Origin: Dimorphilus gyrociliatus
Lineage: Eukaryota > Animalia > Annelida
Assembly: GCA_904063045.1 (NCBI GenBank)
Contig: CAJFCJ010000019.1
Coordinates: forward strand, 3,044,684-3,108,683
Direction: 5' to 3'
DNA length: 64,000 bases
Under the pieces are notes generated by a model. That model did not search any database. It worked only from the letters and a program-made list of their open reading frames with translations, and had not been told where the DNA came from. Of this stretch, positions 57,049 through 64,000 are shown in pieces. Each line of letters opens with the position of its first letter. Positions within the stretch are counted from its first letter, which is position 1. The position numbers and the translations under genes are program-made.

Positions 57049-57975
57049 ATGGACTTATTAGTGATTAAAATAATAGTGTTATGTACTCTTTTCATTGGAA
57101 CTGTATTGTTCAGTATGACTCCTTTAATATTTATGAAGCTTCTTCAGAGAAGATCGTTATCTGACAGAACAGCTAGAAAAATTCGTTGTGGAGTGAGTTT
57201 AATTTCCTGTTATGCTGCGGGTGTTTTCCTTGGCACCTCAATTTTAGATTTGTTTCCTAATGTCCGGGGAAAATTTACAAAGTTTCTTAGAAGCAAATTG
57301 ATCGATAGTGAATTTCCTCTACCTGAATTCATAATTGTAATTGGTCTATTCCTAATGTTGTTTATAGAACAGACAGTTTTAACATTCAGAGAAGCAAAGA
57401 AGCATGAAGTTAGAGCTCTGCTACCTGAAGTTGCAGAAAGTGATCAGGAAGAATTAGAGTATAGTAGTTCCTCCCATGAACGGATCACGCCTGACACCGC
57501 TATTAAATCTTCAATTCATTCTTTTATGCTACTACTGGCGTTATCTTTACATTCAGTTTTCGAAGGGCTTGCCATTGGATTAGAAACAAATAAATCTGTG
57601 TTATTTCAGATATTTGCCGCAGTTGCTTTACATAAATGTATTTTAGCATTTAGCTTGGGAGTCAATTTTATACAAAGTAAATTATCCACATCTGCAATTT
57701 TTAAATCAAATATTTTATTTTGCATAACATCTCCTGTTGGAATTACAATAGGAGTGCTGGTCAATAGTTTTGTTAGTAAATCAGCGGAAGGTGCTGTTGT
57801 AGATGGAACCCTTCAAGGGCTAGCCGCAGGCACTTTTTTGTACGTTATATTTTTTGAAATAATTCCTTTTGAATTCGGTACCCAAGAGGGCCAGCCAAAT
57901 CGGTTATTAAGAGCTTTGTTTTTGTTTGTTGGTTATGCTACAATATGTGGTATTATTCTAATGCAAAAATTTTGA
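57049..57975 (+). CDS. ZIP zinc transporter, subfamily II (SLC39A1/2/3-like)
   Basis: GVFLGTSILDLFP, LSLHSVFEGLAIG (TM4), AVALHKCILAFSLG (TM5) and GLAAGTFLYVIFFEI. Intronless. Confidence 0.93.
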   Translation: MDLLVIKIIVLCTLFIGTVLFSMTPLIFMKLLQRRSLSDRTARKIRCGVSLISCYAAGVFLGTSILDLFPNVRGKFTKFLRSKLIDSEFPLPEFIIVIGLFLMLFIEQTVLTFREAKKHEVRALLPEVAESDQEELEYSSSSHERITPDTAIKSSIHSFMLLLALSLHSVFEGLAIGLETNKSVLFQIFAAVALHKCILAFSLGVNFIQSKLSTSAIFKSNILFCITSPVGITIGVLVNSFVSKSAEGAVVDGTLQGLAAGTFLYVIFFEIIPFEFGTQEGQPNRLLRALFLFVGYATICGIILMQKF

Positions 57976-58038
57976 AATTGATTTACAATTGTCTGGTTTT
58001 TTATGCAATTACAAGTTTTAACAATATTATTTTTAAAT

Positions 58039-59407
58039 TTACATTTTATCGTCTGTCATTTCGAGAAACTGAGAATAAACTTCCCGTGAAATATCCCCTC
58101 GTGCATTGAAAAGATATTTATAATAGCATCCATTTGCACAAAGAACTGAAATAGAAATTTTATAATAAGTTGAAGCAGTATTTTTTTAAAATATTACCTA
58201 TGACAGACTGATTATCATTAGATTTAGCACCAAAGGCACAAATACTTTGAGTATTTCCCGGTATTTGCATTTTACAAAAGCTCCATTTCGATGAGAAATA
58301 TTTAGGGAGAAATCCTGCTGATGCTAGAGAAGACTGTCTATTCTTTCTTTCTTTTTCTTCCAAAGCGAAAACATGCACCGTGCCATGGTCAGAAGAAACA
58401 CAAATAAGAGTTGACTCAATATTAAAGTTTATACTAAAATAAAACAAATGTTTATTCGTTTAAACTTAAAATATTGATACTGACCAATAAATGTGGGCAG
58501 TCTGTGAACCTCTCCGCAATTCTTGAATTTGGGATCCATTTTGTGTGTCAAATATTCGAATAAGGGTTCCTTTTTCTGAAGCTGTAGCCATTCTAGTTCC
58601 ATCTAAATTCATTGAAATGCATCCCAAAGCAGTTTCATGAGCTGCAATATCCAAAGGTGCTTTTTCAGGATTAGCCAAATCAACAATTTGAACATGGCCA
58701 GAGTTTTTAGAAGGAAATGCCAAATAAGAGTTACTGCTACTAGGGCATAGAACACACAGACCGTTTACATTCGAGCATGTATCAAAAACATGCAATAATT
58801 GAGGATTTTGAGTAAAGGTGTAAACTTTAATCATTGAATCAAGAACGACGACTATTCTGTTTTCGAATAATATACTTATTCCCTATTTAAATAAAACTAG
58901 TCATCAGTCATACCTATCCCTTCTTAGTTTGACCGATCGAACATTTGATGTAAACTCAAGTTCAATAACGTGCTTCTTTTTCAGATCATCCCAAACCATA
59001 ACTTGAAAATGTTATTATTGCAAAATTTAGGAATGACTCTTTTGCAATTCTTACCTTTATTTGGTGGATACTTTGCATTGTGACTTCCACCCACTAATGC
59101 CAGATAATTGCAGCGGAAAAGCATTTCTACGTGGGTTATACCCCCATTAGTAAAGTCTTGACGTTCTTTTTCTTTCAATGGATCAGAGTTATAAACTCGA
59201 AACCCCTGCTCCATTCCACAGGCAAAGCATCCTGTTTTAACAAAAGTATAGTTCACATTTGATTTGGTGGGAGTTTTCAGTTCAGCCTACTGATGTAAAT
59301 ATTTTTCTAAATATGAAGGAAGTAAAAACGAAATTAAAACCTTGATCTTGGTTCCAACCACAATATAGTAGTCCATTGTTAAAAGGATTAGGACATGAAA
59401 TGTTCAT
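58039..59407 (-). CDS. WDR45B: WIPI3/WDR45B PROPPIN
   Basis: [66 protein letters not shown] phosphoinositide motif and C-terminal FLEMTDDK. Confidence 0.95.
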
Positions 59408-59998
59408 GGTTAATGTTCCTTATGGGACGTCACTTTTCATTTACAAATATACCCAGACTTAATTTCACTTCCGTTATTGAATCGAAAATTGTTCTGAATA
59501 CAAAGTCTACGTCACTTCGAAGTTAATAATTTGTTCAAATTGAGAACATTTTCATGAAGTCCTCATTTTAATACTGTTGTATTTATAGTAACTATGAAGG
59601 TAAATCTTATATAAATCTAGTTTATACGAAAATAACATTTGTCTCGTAAAAAAACTGGTACCCTTAATAAGAACTTTCAACCCAAGAATACAGATAAGTG
59701 CCTTGACAAAGAACTGATAAAAGCGAACATTTTGTTTCCATTAAGATTATATTGAGCTTTGAGGTTAAAATCACATTTTTGTAAGTGTCATATTAGAAAA
59801 CAAAGTCAGATATGTCAATATTTCCTCCACTAAATACGTATATTGAATTGCGAGGCATTTTAAAATATAAATTAATTCTGTAATATCTGATCCAACTGAT
59901 ATTATCAAGAAAATTCTATATTTATCATGAGCAAATATTTATGTTGTTTTATATACTTTTGTAAAATTTGTAAATAGAAAAATATTTTTACAGTGAAA

Positions 59999-61129
59999 AT
60001 GAAAGCCGGCTTGTCGAATACAAAGGCTGAAGTTCATGTCGTTACTGGGGGCGCAGGATATCTAGGACAAAAACTTGGACTTAAGTTAGCTGAAGAGGGA
60101 ATTGTAGTACGACTTTTTGACATAAGGCCACCTAAAAATCTTTCAAATTTACCTAAAACTATAAAGTTTTATGAAGGTAATATTTTGGACGAAGCAGCTC
60201 TTTCAGATGTCCTCCGAGAAGCTGACTGTGTTCATCATGTAGCTTCTTATGGAATGTCTGGACGGGAAATGTTAAACAAAGAACTCATTAGGCGTGTTAA
60301 TGTCAATGGAACACGTCTTCTAATAAAAATTTGTAAAAGTCTAAATGTTTCCAGATTAATATATACCAGCACCTACAATGTCATCTTTGGTGGTCAAGAA
60401 ATTAAAAATGGTAATGAAACTTTACCTTATTGGCCTGTAGAAAAGCATACAGATGAGTACTCTCGAACAAAGTGTCTTGCTGAGCAACTTGTCTTGGAGT
60501 CTAATTCACCAAGTTTCAAAACTTGTGCTTTGCGTCTGGCTGCGATATACGGACCTGGAGAAGAGCGTCATTTCCCCCGCATAATTAAGTATATGGAACA
60601 AGGCTTATTTGCTTTTACTTATGGAGATGCAATCGTTGATTTTGTTCATGTAGACAATGTTGTCAACTGTCATATTTTGTCATCATCAAGTTTAAAGAAC
60701 GGAAAAGCCGCTGGGCAATCATATTTCGTTTCAGATGGAGCCCCAATAAAAAATTGGGACTTTATGAAGCCTTTCGTTGAAGGTCTTGGTTATAAGTATC
60801 CAAATCTTAAAATTCCTACTAAATTTATTTTTTACATTGCATTTGTGATCGAGATTCTTTACCTATGTTTTTCATCCATCTATAATTTTCAACCCTTACT
60901 GACCAGGGCTGAGGTGTATAAAACTGGTGTTTCCCATTATTTTAGCATAGAGAAGGCCAAGCGCGATCTCAACTATCAACCCGTTAGACAGAACGATGTC
61001 CAATCTATGGCTGAATGGTTTAAGAGCAGAGGATATTATAGGAAAAAGCAAAAAAGCCATATAGGATATTATATTATGTTGTGCATAATGATTATTTTAT
61101 TTTTGTCTATGATGCCTGTCGCTTATTAA
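59999..61129 (+). CDS. SDR42E1: SDR42E1 (3-beta-HSD-like extended SDR)
   Basis: VVTGGAGYLG, HVASYGMSGRE, YSRTK catalytic motif, LRLAAIYGPGE.RH, FVHVDN, PLLTRAEVYKTGVSHYFS and a C-terminal TM. Intronless CDS. Confidence 0.93.
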   Translation: MKAGLSNTKAEVHVVTGGAGYLGQKLGLKLAEEGIVVRLFDIRPPKNLSNLPKTIKFYEGNILDEAALSDVLREADCVHHVASYGMSGREMLNKELIRRVNVNGTRLLIKICKSLNVSRLIYTSTYNVIFGGQEIKNGNETLPYWPVEKHTDEYSRTKCLAEQLVLESNSPSFKTCALRLAAIYGPGEERHFPRIIKYMEQGLFAFTYGDAIVDFVHVDNVVNCHILSSSSLKNGKAAGQSYFVSDGAPIKNWDFMKPFVEGLGYKYPNLKIPTKFIFYIAFVIEILYLCFSSIYNFQPLLTRAEVYKTGVSHYFSIEKAKRDLNYQPVRQNDVQSMAEWFKSRGYYRKKQKSHIGYYIMLCIMIILFLSMMPVAY

Positions 61130-61377
61130 TTTAAATTTGTATTCGCGCCAAAATAAACCAATGAGAAAAAAGCGGTATTAGTCATAAAATTCATATGACG
61201 TCAACAGCATTCCCATATGAGCTTGAAGATTGCTGAGTTTTGTTAAAGGTTTCGCTCTTTAACAGACGTAGGAAAATTTTATTGTTTTAAACACGTCTAC
61301 TTTTTCGAGACGTATAATTAGTTAACTGTCACTGATTTCTAGAGAGGATATTATCTATATTTACTATAAATGTAAAG

Positions 61378-62331
61378 ATGGAATCTCTAGGTGGGGAAGA
61401 AATTCAGAAAGATGAGTTATTTGGTTTTGCAATAGCAGCAGCATATGGACTAACTTCAGCATCTATGGCCTTTTTAAATAAAAGTTTGTTGACAGTTTTT
61501 TTGTTTGATGCACCTATCGTTATAATGCTGGTACAGATGATTTTCATGTTAATTATTCTCCAGTTTCTTAAAACTTTGAAGAAAATCAACTTAGTAGGAT
61601 ATTCTCTATCTTTAGGACGCCAGATGTTCTTACCGTCAGTGCTTTATGCTTGTCACAGTATTCTTGCACTATGGGCTCTAAAAGGTATGAACATTCCTAT
61701 GTATGGAGCAATCAAACGCTTGGCACCTGTTGTTACTTTGGGGCTTGGAATCATTGTCCTAAATAAACCGAAACCGTCCAAAACAGTGTTTATTTCTGTA
61801 ATTGCAGTTACTGTTGGTTGCCTTTTAGCAGCTTATGGAGACTTGAAATTCGACGCTTTATCATATGCTAGCGGGGGAGCAAGTGTTCTTTTTCAAGCTG
61901 GCTACTTAGTTTGCGTTCAAAGAGAATCTGCTAATATTCCTGCAATTGATGCTGTATATGTAAATGCTCTACATACAGCTCCTCTCTTTGCCATACTATC
62001 ACTTTTTGAGCTATCGCACCTAGCAATACCTACATGGTCTACAATATTTATGTTATGTACAACAACGATATTAGGCTGTGTGCTCAATTATTTACTTTTT
62101 CTTTGTACAATGTATAACTCAGCCTTGACGACCAGTATCACAGGAGTTCTCAAATCTGTGGCTCAAACGGCGATCGGCTGGTTTACATTTGAAGGTATAT
62201 CAGCTAATTTTCCAATAGTTTCAGGCATATGCATAAATATATTTGGAGGTCTGCTCTATACTTATGCAAAACATGTGGAATCTAAAAAGAAGTCGAATTT
62301 TGCCTCGGAAATAGAACAGGGTCGAAACTAG
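61378..62331 (+). CDS. SLC35D-type nucleotide-sugar transporter (SLC35D3-like)
   Basis: About 10 hydrophobic segments; SMAFLNK, MNIPMYGAIKR, CTMYNSALTTSITGVLK and GGLLYTYAK. Intronless. Confidence 0.85.
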   Translation: MESLGGEEIQKDELFGFAIAAAYGLTSASMAFLNKSLLTVFLFDAPIVIMLVQMIFMLIILQFLKTLKKINLVGYSLSLGRQMFLPSVLYACHSILALWALKGMNIPMYGAIKRLAPVVTLGLGIIVLNKPKPSKTVFISVIAVTVGCLLAAYGDLKFDALSYASGGASVLFQAGYLVCVQRESANIPAIDAVYVNALHTAPLFAILSLFELSHLAIPTWSTIFMLCTTTILGCVLNYLLFLCTMYNSALTTSITGVLKSVAQTAIGWFTFEGISANFPIVSGICINIFGGLLYTYAKHVESKKKSNFASEIEQGRN

Positions 62332-63231
62332 GAAATGTATTTAAAAGAGAATAGTTTAATGCATATTTGCAGAAATTATGACAATTTTTTACAAATACAC
62401 GATAAAGCAACTTGAATAAAACGACATCTGTTGTCAATTGAATTGACCTAATTCTCTGACTCATTTTTATATACGCATGCGTAGTATAACTGGCCGGGTT
62501 ACAAGGAACAGTGTACATAGGCTATCGTTGTTTTGACGCGATACAGTCTCGAATGAAATCTACAAAGAAACTACTGCATTTTAGTTATCGTAATTCTGCA
62601 GTTTATCAGCTTGGCTGTTATAGATTTGAGCTCTAACTTCACAACATAATTATTTGATATTCAAGAAAATACAACAATCTAAAGTGAGTTGTTGCAACAT
62701 ATTATTTGCAGGATGAAAAGCTGTATTTGCATGACGAGTTTAATGAACAATTGTATTGTTAAGCGTTCAATAAAAACGAAAATTCGTATGCAGTATATTG
62801 AGTATGTAAATTTTCGCCATATTAACCTTGACCCAAGAACAATTTTTAAAACGGTTTATCTACGATTTTATATATCAATATGAATTTTGGTCATTACACT
62901 TTTAACCCTGCTGAACATTTGTGGTAGCTCGAATCATTTTCTTAAAGTAGTTGAACGAATTTCACAATTAACCTTTGTTAAAACTGTTTATATTGATCAA
63001 TGTGCTGTCAAATAATAAAAAAAACATAGTACTAGACCACAAGGCCGACTATTTGTGGAGTAAGCGTATACCTACCAAAATAAAACAGGTACGTGACGAG
63101 GTCAAATGAAAGTCACTTAGAGTGATCAAAGTAAATATCAACAATTGTTTAAGCATATTCGATATCGAATTAAAATATACTGGCAAAAATATTATAACCT
63201 TCAGAAATAACCCTCTCCTCTCAACAGGAAT

Positions 63232-64000
63232 ATGGAAGACAACGAAGATATACTTATCTTTCCCTTAACTGATCTGGTTAACAACAATGTAGAGGATTCA
63301 GAGGAACGTCAAGATGAGACACCTAAAAAGAAAGTGCAATTGTCTCTTCGTCAACGTCGAAGATCCAGGGCTGTGCCTTTTAAAATGCACTTGAACTTGC
63401 TTGAGCAATCTCATCAACCACTCTCAGCCGTACATGTGGAGAAAACTTCTTCACCGAGATCTCATTGGCTTTCTGCTTTGCGCAAATTAAAGACAATGAA
63501 AGATCCATGGCTTGAATTTCACATTGAAAACCATCCAACAGAAACTTGCAAAAGACATCGTTATAACGCTCTAAAAAAGAAATGGGTTGTTGATGATATT
63601 GAAGTGAAAATGGAATCTGTGGTAAAAAAAAAACAAGCTTATTACCCAAATTGAGTATATCAATTTAGCTTTTCTTTCTAACAGCCATTCAACCACGGAG
63701 CTTTAAGAGAGTGCTTCAGACTGTTAGTATCTTAAATATTTAAACTAAAGCTGTTTGAATTAGAAAAATTTCTCCAATAGCAAAAAGTTGTCATCGTGGA
63801 CAAATCGGCACGATTGGAAGCATGCTCATAACTACGTTTCTAAAAGGTACATGGAAGAAGTGGAGAGAGAAGTTTATTTTGAGGATGTGCAACTACAGAT
63901 GGATGCTAAATTATGGGGTGAAGAATATAACCGTCATAAGCCCCCCAAAAAAGTTGATATAATGCAAATGTGCGTTATAGAATTTACATCTCGACCAGGT
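63232..64000 (+). CDS. EEF2K: Eukaryotic elongation factor 2 kinase (alpha-kinase), 5' part
   Basis: CaM-binding HWLSALRKLKTMKDPW, RHRYNALKKKW, PFNHGALRECF, YVSKRY, FEDVQLQMDAKLWGEEYN and VDIMQMCVIE. Runs off the window end. Confidence 0.95.

Noticed and set aside
1-64000. Transposons, tRNA, rRNA, U12-type introns, CRISPR arrays, selenocysteine or stop read-through
   Set aside because: No terminal repeats, RT/transposase ORFs, tRNA boxes, RTATCCTT donors or in-frame stops within conserved domains were seen by eye. The only rRNA-like string is the snoRNA guide.

Overview
AT-rich, extremely gene-dense animal genomic DNA. I can support 30 protein-coding genes in 64 kb, with GT-AG introns mostly about 40-60 nt and many intergenic gaps under 250 bp. 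The gene set looks bilaterian or spiralian, and a miniaturised genome such as that of the annelid Dimorphilus gyrociliatus would fit; this is inference from style only. Gene order: HEXD(-, partial), DYRK4(+), NDC80(-), CENPJ/SAS-4(+), SNX29(+), RPL10(-, hosting a U32/U51-type C/D snoRNA), SMC2(+), ARL6IP1(-), CBR1-like(-), orphan 2-TM(+), RING/B-box(-), cathepsin F(-), MXRA7(-), PIGT(+), PKA-RI(-), IFT140(+), PCSK7(+), tandem glycosyltransferase-like(+), LRRC58(-), DIPK2-like(-), TXNDC12(+), AP3 sigma(-), FAM219(+), LIN9(-), TCTE1/DRC5(+), ZIP1-3-like(+), WDR45B(-), SDR42E1(+), SLC35D-like(+), EEF2K(+, partial). I recognised no transposons, tRNA, rRNA or CRISPR arrays. The most notable observations are: (1) three in-frame alternative first exons in the PKA-RI intron that would replace the dimerisation/AKAP-docking domain, two of them beginning with Met-Gly acylation-type N-termini; (2) a tandem-duplicated 108-nt exon pair in AP3 sigma, probably mutually exclusive; (3) an intronless two-domain glycosyltransferase-like gene 82 bp behind PCSK7; (4) an unusually divergent SMC2; (5) a RING/B-box protein with SUMO-interaction-like motifs; (6) recognisable CDE/CHR, TCTCGCGAGA, CTCF-like and X-box motifs in tiny promoters. 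Exon boundaries were read by eye and family assignments come from remembered motifs; no database searches were run.
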